NCBI GenBank assembly: GCA_035290285.1
Contig: DATDUS010000015.1
Span: forward strand, 1 to 25,244
Length of the DNA: 25,244 nucleotides
Reading direction: 5' to 3'
Source of the DNA: Patescibacteria group bacterium
GTDB lineage: Bacteria; Patescibacteriota; Patescibacteriia; UBA9570; XYC2-FULL-38-9
Positions 9,343-16,930 of this stretch are shown here, piece by piece (within the stretch, counting starts at the first letter, position 1; each line of letters begins with the position of its first letter). The notes beneath the pieces were generated by a model that worked only from the letters and a program-made list of their open reading frames with translations, made no database searches and was not told the DNA's origin. The position numbers were made by a program, and so were the translations under genes.

Positions 9343-10854
9343 ATGAAACAAGAATACGAAGCAATTATTGGTTTAGAAATTCACCTTCGTCTGAATACAA
9401 AAACGAAGATGTTTTGTGGTACAACAAATAGCGATGCAGAAGAACCAAATATATATACTTGTCCTATTTGTCTTGGGCACCCCGGCACTCTTCCTCAAGT
9501 AAACAATGAGGCTATTCGATTAGGCACTCTTCTTGCATTGGGATTAAATTGTACGGTTGCATCATATACAAAATTTGACCGAAAAAATTATTTTTACCCT
9601 GATTTACCAAAAGGATATCAAATATCTCAGTTTGATCAACCGCTTGCGACACACGGATTTATTGAAATTCTGCCAGATGATATAACGACAAAACATATTC
9701 GCATTGAACGATTACACCTCGAAGAAGACACGGCCAAACTGAAACACACCAAGGATGGATCAACATTAGCTGATTTTAATCGTGCGGGTGCACCATTGGT
9801 TGAATTAGTTACACAGCCAGATTTGCGATCAAGCCAAGAAGCAAAAATGTTTGCGCAAGAATTACAACAAATTGCTCGATATATTGGTGCAGGAACAGCA
9901 GATATGGAAAAAGGAGAAATGCGTTGTGATGTGAATGTTTCCTTGCGTCCTATGGGTGATACAGCGCTCTACCCAAAAACAGAAATTAAAAACGTGAATT
10001 CATTTCGTTCTATTGAACGTGCCATAAATTATGAAATCGAACGTCAGGCAGCACTATGGGATAAATTTGAGGCACCTCAAACAACTACAACAAGGGGGTG
10101 GGATGACCAGCGTGAAATGACTATTGAGCAACGAACGAAAGAAGGTATTGCAGATTATCGTTATTTTCCAGAGCCGGATATTCCACCTATTGTGCGTACA
10201 AATGAAGAAATTGAACAATTGCGTGAACATTTACCGGAATTACCGTATGCAAAACGTCTTCGTTTTGTGAATGAATTTGAATTAAGCTTTTATGATGCGC
10301 GTGTGTTAACTGCTGACCCTCTGGTTGCGGAATTTTTTGAAAATATCATTTCAGAGTTACGAGGTTGGCTGAATTCGTTGGATGATACAGAGGGTTCTGA
10401 TAAAGAAATATGGAAAAAGTATCGAAAAAAACTCGGGCGTATTACTACCTCATGGATTACTTCTGAATTATTTAAGTTGATGAAAGAAAAAGGAAATGCA
10501 ATGCAAGAAGTAAGCATTACACCCGAAAATTTTGCAGAACTTTTGACCCTTATTTATGAAAAACGTATCAATTCTTCTGCTGGCCAGAAAATTTTGCGTG
10601 TGATGTATGAAAATGGTGGAGACCCCAGCCAAATTATGGCAGAACATAATCTGGAGCAAATGTCCGATACCGGAGATATTGAGGTAGTAGTAGACCGCAT
10701 TATTACCGCAAACCCCAGCGTTGTTGCAGATTATAAAAATGGAAAACAAAAAGCATTAATGTTCTTAGTTGGGCAAGTGATGAAAGAAACCAAAGGAAAA
10801 GTAAACCCTGAAATTGCAACTGAAATGCTGACCGGAAAATTAAGAGATCAATAA
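9343..10854 (+). CDS. gatB: Asp-tRNA(Asn)/Glu-tRNA(Gln) amidotransferase subunit B
   Basis: IGLEIH, FDRKNYFYPDLPKGYQISQ, DFNRAGAPLVE, RCDVNVS, YRYFPEPD and C-terminal GQVMKETKG motifs. Confidence 0.97.
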   Translation: MKQEYEAIIGLEIHLRLNTKTKMFCGTTNSDAEEPNIYTCPICLGHPGTLPQVNNEAIRLGTLLALGLNCTVASYTKFDRKNYFYPDLPKGYQISQFDQPLATHGFIEILPDDITTKHIRIERLHLEEDTAKLKHTKDGSTLADFNRAGAPLVELVTQPDLRSSQEAKMFAQELQQIARYIGAGTADMEKGEMRCDVNVSLRPMGDTALYPKTEIKNVNSFRSIERAINYEIERQAALWDKFEAPQTTTTRGWDDQREMTIEQRTKEGIADYRYFPEPDIPPIVRTNEEIEQLREHLPELPYAKRLRFVNEFELSFYDARVLTADPLVAEFFENIISELRGWLNSLDDTEGSDKEIWKKYRKKLGRITTSWITSELFKLMKEKGNAMQEVSITPENFAELLTLIYEKRINSSAGQKILRVMYENGGDPSQIMAEHNLEQMSDTGDIEVVVDRIITANPSVVADYKNGKQKALMFLVGQVMKETKGKVNPEIATEMLTGKLRDQ

Positions 10855-10875
10855 AAAAGCAAGGCATTGTTTTGC

Positions 10876-10992
10876 GCGGGTATCTTGCCTTGCGGCGCTC
10901 CTCGCCCCTCCGAGGCTCGTCACTGACGCTCGAATCTCGCTCGTCCCTCGTTACACTCGGGACACCATGGCCGCTCAATTCTCGAGTCCCGC
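10876..10992. repeat. GC-rich structured intergenic element, element E
   Basis: Termini GCGGGT...TCCCGC. Internal pairs gcggc/gccgc, cgagg/cctcg and palindrome cgtca-c-tgacg. Overlaps a gcaaggca/tgccttgc stem. Follows the gatB stop. Confidence 0.6.
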
Positions 10993-11052
10993 TGCGACGG
11001 ATGCCGATCGCCCAGGGAGTAATTACGTATGAGATTTTTGAGTAAATAAAGA

Positions 11053-11078
11053 AGGGCGTGGCTTGATGCCGACGCCCT
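11053..11078 (-). terminator. Hairpin, likely the minus-strand terminator of the small ORF
   Basis: agggcgt-ggc-ttgat-gcc-g-acgccct, followed on the minus strand by TCTTTATTT. Confidence 0.5.
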
Positions 11079-11095
11079 CAAAAAATTCCTCCGTT

Positions 11096-11122
11096 GCGGC
11101 CTGTTTCAGGCCGCGTTTTTTT
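11096..11122 (+). terminator. Intrinsic terminator on the plus strand (gatB side)
   Basis: gcggcctg-ttt-caggccgc, then g and 7 T. Confidence 0.6.
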
Positions 11123-11282
11123 CCGCTTTTTCTTCAGTTTTTCCCTCCGCGCTGTTGTTTTTGGCGGGAAAAATCCCGCCGCCGATCTGAATGGCGATTC
11201 CCTGTCGGGTTTCGCCTTTTTTCGGCGGAGGTCCCAACTGGACCTCAACCACTGCTCCTGGCTTGACTCTAATTTTTTGCAT
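11106..11282 (-). CDS. Small hypothetical protein (58 aa)
   Basis: AGGAGGT SD (11293-11287) 4 nt before ATG; MQKIRVKPGAVVEVQLGPPPKKGETRQGIAIQIGGG...KAEKNAA; hairpins on both sides; no family recognised. Confidence 0.5.
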   Translation of the reverse strand: MQKIRVKPGAVVEVQLGPPPKKGETRQGIAIQIGGGIFPAKNNSAEGKTEEKAEKNAA

Positions 11283-11297
11283 ACGCACCTCCTAAAA

Positions 11298-11324
11298 AAA
11301 AGGAGGGAATCACACCCTCCTTTT
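11298..11324. terminator. Bidirectional terminator-like hairpin abutting the small ORF SD
   Basis: aaaaggaggg-aatcaca-ccctcctttt with T-runs on both strands. Confidence 0.55.
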
Positions 11325-11413
11325 ATTAAAAATTGCTTCTTTGAAGCTACATACATGTAACACAGCCATGCATTTCTGTCTATACCCGTTCAATCTGCAC
11401 GTTGTGGAAAATG

Positions 11414-11441
11414 TTGCCTTTTTGTAAAACTGCGGTATGCT
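11414..11441 (+). promoter_or_regulatory. Putative tRNA promoter
   Basis: TTGCCT, 16 bp spacer, TATGCT; 9 nt before the tRNA. Confidence 0.45.
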
Positions 11442-11450
11442 GTGGTATAC

Positions 11451-11522
11451 GCCCTCGTAGTTTAAAGGATAGAACTGGGGTTTCCGGAACCTCCAATTCA
11501 CGTTCGATTCGTGGCGAGGGCA
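11451..11522 (+). tRNA. tRNA-Arg (anticodon CCG); CCA not encoded
   Basis: Acceptor GCCCTCG/CGAGGGC, D arm GTTT/GAAC, anticodon arm GGGGT-TTCCGGA-ACCTC, T arm TCACG-TTCGATT-CGTGG. Confidence 0.95.
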
Positions 11523-11538
11523 CAATAATAATTTGGAG

Positions 11539-11558
11539 GGGCGCAATATTTTGCGCCC
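11539..11558. terminator. Hairpin between the convergent tRNA and PH-domain gene
   Basis: gggcgcaa-tatt-ttgcgccc; weak U-tracts. Confidence 0.5.
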
Positions 11559-11562
11559 ATAC

Positions 11563-11895
11563 TCATTGCACAATACGTTGCATCGCGGATTCAACTAGAA
11601 TTTTCCATTTTTTGCGGCGCCAAACAGCAAAATTATATGTATGAGCACTCTTTAAATGAATACATAATCCATGGGTAAAAAATTTGAGGTTATTTTTCAA
11701 TGTTATAGATTCTATATCAGAGAGATGCAATGAAAGTGTGTATCGTTGAAAGTTTAACGGATGTGTTACAAAATAGAGCCGATCATTGGTGAGAAATAAT
11801 TTTCCTGTTATGCCGATATACTTTTGAAAATGATTTGCAAACCCTTCATAGAGCACTTGTTCATATGGTTGTAATTTGATTTGCATGGATTTCAT
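11563..11895 (-). CDS. GRAM/bacterial PH-like domain protein (110 aa)
   Basis: ANHFQ...GKLFLTNDRLYF...LSDIESI pattern typical of GRAM/bPH folds. Start 11895 lies just after a consensus promoter; the longer ORF-track start overlaps galU. Confidence 0.75.
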   Translation of the reverse strand: MKSMQIKLQPYEQVLYEGFANHFQKYIGITGKLFLTNDRLYFVTHPLNFQRYTLSLHLSDIESITLKNNLKFFTHGLCIHLKSAHTYNFAVWRRKKWKILVESAMQRIVQ

Positions 11896-11902
11896 AACAG
11901 GT

Positions 11903-11931
11903 ATCATACTGCTCTTTAATACTCTTTTCAA
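11903..11931 (-). promoter_or_regulatory. Promoter of the PH-domain gene (leaderless-type)
   Basis: TTGAAA, 17 bp spacer, TATGAT, 7 nt, ATG. Confidence 0.65.
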
Positions 11932-11949
11932 GCAATCAAGAAGGGTCTG

Positions 11950-11977
11950 TTGCATATTCAGTAATACATCGTATAAT
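11950..11977 (+). promoter_or_regulatory. Promoter of galU (leaderless-type)
   Basis: TTGCAT, 16 bp spacer, TATAAT, 6 nt, ATG. Confidence 0.65.
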
Positions 11978-11983
11978 AAATGT

Positions 11984-12871
11984 ATGAGCAAAAAACAACG
12001 TGTTCGAAAAGCTGTTATCCCTGTCGCTGGTTTTGGGACTCGATTTTTACCGGCAACAAAGGCCATTCCAAAGGAGTTATTACCTATTATTGATAAACCG
12101 GTAATTCAATATATTGTTGAGGAGGCTGTTGCTTCGGGTATCGAAGAAATTATTTTTGTTACCAGTGAACATAAAAACGCTATCGAAGATCATTTTGAGC
12201 GTAATTCCGGTCTGGAAACATTCTTAAAACAACGTCAGAAAGACACAGAACTTTCTACTATTCAATCACTTCATCAAATGGCACAGTTTGTGTATGTACA
12301 TCAAGATGAACCATTAGGATTAGGGCATGCAGTATTACAAGCAAAAGATGCCGTTGCCGGAGAGCCATTTATTGTTTTCGGTGGAGACGACATTATAGAA
12401 TCAACTATTCCTGCCGCAAAACAACTTATTGAAGTATATGAGAAATATGGTGGTTCAGTATTGGGTGTTGTTGAGGTACCAAAAGAAGCAGTGAATCGAT
12501 ATGGAGTTATTGATCCATTAAAACAGTTAGAAGAGGGAGTGACGCAAATTAAAGATATAGTTGAAAAACCAAAACCGCATGAAGCGCCTTCACAACTTGC
12601 TGCTGTGGCACGGTGGTTACTCACTCCAGAAATTTTTGAAGAGTTAGAACAAACGAAACCAGGAGCAGGTGGAGAAATTCAGCTTCCAGACGGTATTCGT
12701 ACGTTACTGAAGAAACAATCAGTATTTGCGAAAGTGTATAATGGTACCTATCGTGATTGCGGAAATAAAGTAGAATATTTAAAAGCGATTATTGCTTTTT
12801 CATTACAACACCCAGAAATGGGAGAACAACTGCGAGAATATAGTAAGAAGTATCTTGATCCTATTGTATGA
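11984..12871 (+). CDS. galU: UTP-glucose-1-phosphate uridylyltransferase
   Basis: KAVIPVAGFGTRFLPATKAIPKE, QDEPLGLGHAV, VEKP, GEIQLPD and DCGN motifs; start at ATG 11984. Confidence 0.93.
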   Translation: MSKKQRVRKAVIPVAGFGTRFLPATKAIPKELLPIIDKPVIQYIVEEAVASGIEEIIFVTSEHKNAIEDHFERNSGLETFLKQRQKDTELSTIQSLHQMAQFVYVHQDEPLGLGHAVLQAKDAVAGEPFIVFGGDDIIESTIPAAKQLIEVYEKYGGSVLGVVEVPKEAVNRYGVIDPLKQLEEGVTQIKDIVEKPKPHEAPSQLAAVARWLLTPEIFEELEQTKPGAGGEIQLPDGIRTLLKKQSVFAKVYNGTYRDCGNKVEYLKAIIAFSLQHPEMGEQLREYSKKYLDPIV

Positions 12872-14256
12872 AATCATATAAAGTATTTTTTACTCATATA
12901 CGAGCCATGCGATTCATGATTGGGTTTGCTGGTCTTGCCATAGTATTGTTGACTGTTGGGGCATCCTGTTTTCAAAAAAAATTACCTCCTCCAGAACCAA
13001 TCACACTCGTTGTATGGCGATCAGAAGACACCACCGGTGCTCTTAAAACTATTGCAGAGGAATATACTGCTGCATATCCGCATGTTTCTTTTTCATTTCG
13101 AACGTTCAAAAAAGAAGAATACGAAGATGCGTTATTTGATGCGTGGGCCAAAGGAGAAGGACCGGATATTTTTTCTGTCCCAAATTGGCGGCTTGGAAGA
13201 TTTACAGAGCTTATTTCTCCCATGCCTACTTCTGTACAACTGACTACTTCGTATGTAAAAAAATCGTTCATGAAAAAAGAACTGATTGTGAAAGCAAATA
13301 AGATTGTATTTCCATCACCAGTACGATTGCGTGATCAGTTTGTTGATGTTGTTACTTCTGATGTGGTATTCAATGACCAGATTTATGGGCTACCATTAAG
13401 CATGGACACTATTGCATTATTTTATAATCGCGATTTATTATCTAAAGCACAAATTGCTATTCCGCCAACAAATTGGGAAGAATTTAAAAATGCTGTACAA
13501 ACCATTGTTAAAAAAGACGATGAAGGAAAGGTGGTATTGCCTGCAACCGCTTTGGGTACTGCATCAAACATTCCTTATTTTAATGATGTTCTTTCTGCAA
13601 TAATGATCCAAAATGGAGCAGTGATGGCAGAGAGTGGGCATACAGGCTTTGCTGATGAAATTGAAAATCAACGAAAACCAGGCATTGAAGCTCTCGACTT
13701 TTATACTAAATTTAGTAATCCGACATGGAAAACATATAGCTGGAATGATGATCAATTGGATGCTCTAGAAGTATTTACTCAAGGAAATTTGGCATTTTAT
13801 TTTGGGTATCATCAAGACATTCCAGAAATTGAACGCCGAGCTCCGAATTTAAATTTTTCTTATACAAAGTTACCACAACTGAATGCAGATAATCCAATCA
13901 ATATTGCAAACTATTCTGTGGAGGCTGTATATGTAAAAAGCAAAAATAGTGACCACGCTTGGAATTTTATCAATTTTGCGACAGGAGGGGAACAAGTAAA
14001 AACGTTTATAGAAACCACAAAGCGTGTACCCGCACTGCTTTCATTAGTTGCTGAAAAACAAGAGGATCCACTCATGAGTGTGTTTGCAACACAAGCGTTA
14101 ACAGCGAAATCGTGGTATCATGGAATTGACCCCAATGCTATGGTTACGGCATTTACAGATATGGTTGATGCGGCAAATAAACGAGAGAGCACCTTGGAAG
14201 AAATTGTGGGCATTGCCGCTTCAAAGGTACAATTAACTCTACAAAAAAAGGATTAA
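12868..14256 (+). CDS. Extracellular solute-binding lipoprotein (carbohydrate SBP, family 1-like)
   Basis: Signal peptide ending VGASC (lipobox-like); GEGPDIF, QIYGLPLSMDTIALFYNRDLL, PPTNWEEF and AWNFINFA motifs; ATGA overlap with galU. Confidence 0.85.
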   Translation: MKSYKVFFTHIRAMRFMIGFAGLAIVLLTVGASCFQKKLPPPEPITLVVWRSEDTTGALKTIAEEYTAAYPHVSFSFRTFKKEEYEDALFDAWAKGEGPDIFSVPNWRLGRFTELISPMPTSVQLTTSYVKKSFMKKELIVKANKIVFPSPVRLRDQFVDVVTSDVVFNDQIYGLPLSMDTIALFYNRDLLSKAQIAIPPTNWEEFKNAVQTIVKKDDEGKVVLPATALGTASNIPYFNDVLSAIMIQNGAVMAESGHTGFADEIENQRKPGIEALDFYTKFSNPTWKTYSWNDDQLDALEVFTQGNLAFYFGYHQDIPEIERRAPNLNFSYTKLPQLNADNPINIANYSVEAVYVKSKNSDHAWNFINFATGGEQVKTFIETTKRVPALLSLVAEKQEDPLMSVFATQALTAKSWYHGIDPNAMVTAFTDMVDAANKRESTLEEIVGIAASKVQLTLQKKD

Positions 14257-14264
14257 AAATACAT

Positions 14265-14957
14265 ATGAAACGTTTTATCATCACCTGTGCGATAGCGCTG
14301 TTTGTATGGATGCCGGCAACGACAGCTCATGCAGCAACTCTTTTGCCTTCGTGTGCACGGGGAAATGGTGATTGCAGTACCTGTGAAATTTTACAATTGT
14401 TTCATAATGCGTCAAAGTTAGCAACCGAGTTGTTAAGTGCGGTCTTGTTGTTTACCTTTATTCTTGGAGGATTTTGGTGGCTTGTTTCTGGCGGAAACGG
14501 GGAGCGCGTGAAAAAGGGCACGCAAGTGATTACCGGTTCTCTTATTGGGCTGGTGTTTGTGTTTATGGGTTATATGATGGTGAACCTTGTTATTTCCGGA
14601 TTTATGGGAAGTACAGTTGGTTCTAGTGCTGAAAAAGGGAAAGATATGGTAGCAAAATTATTTACCGGTATTGGCAGTGGAGAGCGGTGGGATACCATTT
14701 GTGATGTAAAATTGCCAACGCCGACAATATCACCCACCAGTGATGAAACCACACCAGAATGTTTAGAGAGTAATCAATGTGAAGATAGTGAAGCGTGTGT
14801 TGAAAGTAAATGTATCTCTCGGTGTGAAGATATGGGCTATCAATGTGTTTCGAATCCCGTAGATTGTGATGGAACCATTCTACTTGAAGTTGACGAAGAT
14901 GGTGATGGCAACTATGATCCGTTATGTCCTGAGGGGCAAGATTGTTGTGGTGAATAA
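14265..14957 (+). CDS. TrbC/VirB2-like pilin paralog 1, with Cys-rich C-terminal domain
   Basis: AxA signal (TAHA), core GGFWWLVSGGNGERVKKGTQVITGSLIGL between two TM helices, and a 10-Cys tail with DEDGDG. Confidence 0.7.
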   Translation: MKRFIITCAIALFVWMPATTAHAATLLPSCARGNGDCSTCEILQLFHNASKLATELLSAVLLFTFILGGFWWLVSGGNGERVKKGTQVITGSLIGLVFVFMGYMMVNLVISGFMGSTVGSSAEKGKDMVAKLFTGIGSGERWDTICDVKLPTPTISPTSDETTPECLESNQCEDSEACVESKCISRCEDMGYQCVSNPVDCDGTILLEVDEDGDGNYDPLCPEGQDCCGE

Positions 14958-14968
14958 CAATAAATATT

Positions 14969-15454
14969 ATGCAACAAGGCATGTCTATTTTTAAAAAACA
15001 TTCCATGAGGAGACAATACAGCATACTGATATTATTACTCATAATTCTTTTTTTCCCGTCTATTGCGATACATGCACAAGCAACTCCTACACCTGTTGCA
15101 GCAACCGCTACACCTGCTGCAGCCACCCCTGATGCAGGAACAGGACCTGGATCTACTACAGTCATAACACCAGCAGCTTCACCCACAGTGACTGATTTAC
15201 CGAATCCGTTGGGCGAGACTAAAACACCGGCAGGTGTTATCCGAAATATTATTAAAGTATTCTTAAGTATTTTAGGCGCTATTGCATTTTTCTTTTTTGT
15301 ATACGGCGGCTTTTTATTTCTTATTTCGGCCGGGAATCAAGATCGTATAAAAAAAGGGAGAGAAACACTTGTTTGGGCAACAGTTGGGTTAATTTTTATC
15401 TTTAGTTCCTATGGCATTGCTGCTGCGGTGTTCAAAATTCTTTCCGGAGCATAA
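14969..15454 (+). CDS. TrbC/VirB2-like pilin paralog 2, with Thr/Pro/Ala-rich N-terminal linker
   Basis: AIHA|Q signal, ATPTPVAATATP... linker, core YGGFLFLISAGNQDRIKKGRETLVWATVGL. Confidence 0.72.
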   Translation: MQQGMSIFKKHSMRRQYSILILLLIILFFPSIAIHAQATPTPVAATATPAAATPDAGTGPGSTTVITPAASPTVTDLPNPLGETKTPAGVIRNIIKVFLSILGAIAFFFFVYGGFLFLISAGNQDRIKKGRETLVWATVGLIFIFSSYGIAAAVFKILSGA

Positions 15455-15505
15455 AACGATATAAAAAAACACCTTCATTTTCAAAAATGTTTTACTTTGT
15501 GTCGG

Positions 15506-15895
15506 TTATATAACGCTGTCCAAAAATTCGAGAATTCCAAGAGAGGATAAAATAATCAGTATCCCGATAACCGCCCAGAACAAAATATCTCGTCCTTTTT
15601 TTACTTTTTCTGAACTTGTCCCACCCATCATCATCGTAAATCCACCATAGATAATGAGGCTGAGTGCAATGATGCCCACAAATTCAAGAAATGTTTTAAT
15701 AATCAAATATCCAGTAGATTCCAGGCTTGATTCTGGAAGACCCGCTCCTTTTAAAATGCCGCTACCATCAAATGGTACGGCAAATGCACTCGGGGCTGTA
15801 GCAATAATACTCGTAGCGATTATAATGGCAAAAAGAAAAAACCAGGTAGAAAGTGTATGTTTTTTTTGTGGAGGCACTTGTTTAGATTGATTCAT
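15506..15895 (-). CDS. TrbC/VirB2-like pilin paralog 3
   Basis: SAFA|V signal, core YGGFTMMMGGTSSEKVKKGRDILFWAVIGI. Confidence 0.72.
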   Translation of the reverse strand: MNQSKQVPPQKKHTLSTWFFLFAIIIATSIIATAPSAFAVPFDGSGILKGAGLPESSLESTGYLIIKTFLEFVGIIALSLIIYGGFTMMMGGTSSEKVKKGRDILFWAVIGILIILSSLGILEFLDSVI

Positions 15896-15896
15896 A

Positions 15897-16283
15897 TTAT
15901 TGAAAACCAGTTGCTGTTTCTAATATACTAAAGATATACAGGGCAATGCCATAGGAAGCAAGAATGATCAGTAGACCAATGACTGCATTTTTCAACATTT
16001 CTTGAGCTTTTTTTACTTGTTCTTGATTTCCTGCTGCTGTCATCCATTTGAATCCGGCATAGAGTATAAGTGATACAGCTATAATACCCAACACACCTAA
16101 AAATGCGCCGATTATCACCATTGCTATAGCTGTTGGACTGCTGGTTCCGAGACCGGTTGCGCTTCCTGCTTTGCTACCATCAATTAAATCAACGGCAAGC
16201 GTTTGTAAAGGCAGAAAAAAAGATATTCCAAAAAGTATTGGGACTATTTTTTTATTTTTTTTGCGATTTTGATGATAGCACAT
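15897..16283 (-). CDS. TrbC/VirB2-like pilin paralog 4
   Basis: QTLA|V signal, core YAGFKWMTAAGNQEQVKKAQEMLKNAVIGL. Confidence 0.75.
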   Translation of the reverse strand: MCYHQNRKKNKKIVPILFGISFFLPLQTLAVDLIDGSKAGSATGLGTSSPTAIAMVIIGAFLGVLGIIAVSLILYAGFKWMTAAGNQEQVKKAQEMLKNAVIGLLIILASYGIALYIFSILETATGFQ

Positions 16284-16304
16284 AGAATTATTTTATCCAA
16301 GTTA

Positions 16305-16766
16305 TTAATCGCTGAGAGGTAACGTATCAGGTGCTTCTGAATTTATGTGTCCTGGCTGAAGCATGGTAGCCATTTGAGCTGTGTCTATAATATAGAGAGT
16401 AATACCCCAAGAAGCTATAATAATCAGTACGCCAATTATTGCTGCCTTTAAAATACCGATTGCTTTTTTTACTTGTTCTTGATTTCCTGCTGCTGTCATC
16501 CATAAAAATCCGCCGTATATAATAAGTGAAACTGCAATAACAGAAAGTATCCCTAAGGTGATACTGATGATATTAATCACCACTTCTGTGGGTGTGTTAT
16601 TGCCTAGTCCAGTTTTTTCAATTGATTTGCTTACTCCCCCTTTTTCTAAAATTTTTGAAGTCTGAGCCGAAAGTGTCAACGGTGCAATACAGAGCGTTAT
16701 AATACAGAGAGAACTCAATGCTCTGCGCAAAAGTGAAAGAGAAAATTTTTTTTTGAGAAAAGCCAT
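16305..16766 (-). CDS. TrbC/VirB2-like pilin paralog 5
   Basis: TLSA|Q signal, core YGGFLWMTAAGNQEQVKKAIGILKAAIIGV. Confidence 0.75.
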   Translation of the reverse strand: MAFLKKKFSLSLLRRALSSLCIITLCIAPLTLSAQTSKILEKGGVSKSIEKTGLGNNTPTEVVINIISITLGILSVIAVSLIIYGGFLWMTAAGNQEQVKKAIGILKAAIIGVLIIIASWGITLYIIDTAQMATMLQPGHINSEAPDTLPLSD

Positions 16767-16796
16767 AATAATGAGTGAGGCTGTTATAATAGAGTT

Positions 16797-16825
16797 ATTA
16801 TACTATATATGCTTTAGTTTATCAA
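16797..16825 (-). promoter_or_regulatory. Promoter for the three minus-strand pilins
   Basis: TTGATA, 17 bp spacer, TATAAT. Confidence 0.7.
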
Positions 16826-16839
16826 TACGCATGTTATTG

Positions 16840-16868
16840 TTGACCTTATTTTTATTATTTGCTATAGT
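16840..16868 (+). promoter_or_regulatory. Strong promoter for pilin paralog 6
   Basis: TTGACC, 17 bp spacer, TATAGT with extended -10 TG. Confidence 0.72.
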
Positions 16869-16915
16869 ACAGCTACAAATATGAGACATATTTTTCTCAT
16901 TTTATACAATATGAA

Positions 16916-16924
16916 AGGAGGTGA
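16916..16924 (+). promoter_or_regulatory. Full-consensus Shine-Dalgarno
   Basis: AGGAGGTGA upstream of ATG 16931. Confidence 0.8.
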
Positions 16925-16930
16925 GATGCA

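Noticed and set aside
11403-11411. Single DnaA-box match (TTTTCCACA, minus strand)
   Set aside because: An isolated 9-mer is expected by chance in AT-rich DNA; there is no cluster.
11020-11560. Prophage or island integrated at tRNA-Arg
   Set aside because: No integrase, and no duplicated tRNA 3' end (attR) was found in the window.
11063-11644. ORFs 11063..11266, 11078..11356, 11094..11360, 11310..11594 and 11402..11644
   Set aside because: They overlap the tRNA, terminators or the SD-supported small ORF, and have low-complexity sequence derived from hairpins and T-runs.
15455-16930. Recombinase-driven invertible (shufflon-like) pilin block suggested by the ++---+ orientation
   Set aside because: Only weak AT-rich similarity between the flanks, no invertase nearby, and both orientations have their own promoters. 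Homology-driven rearrangement is kept as a separate finding.
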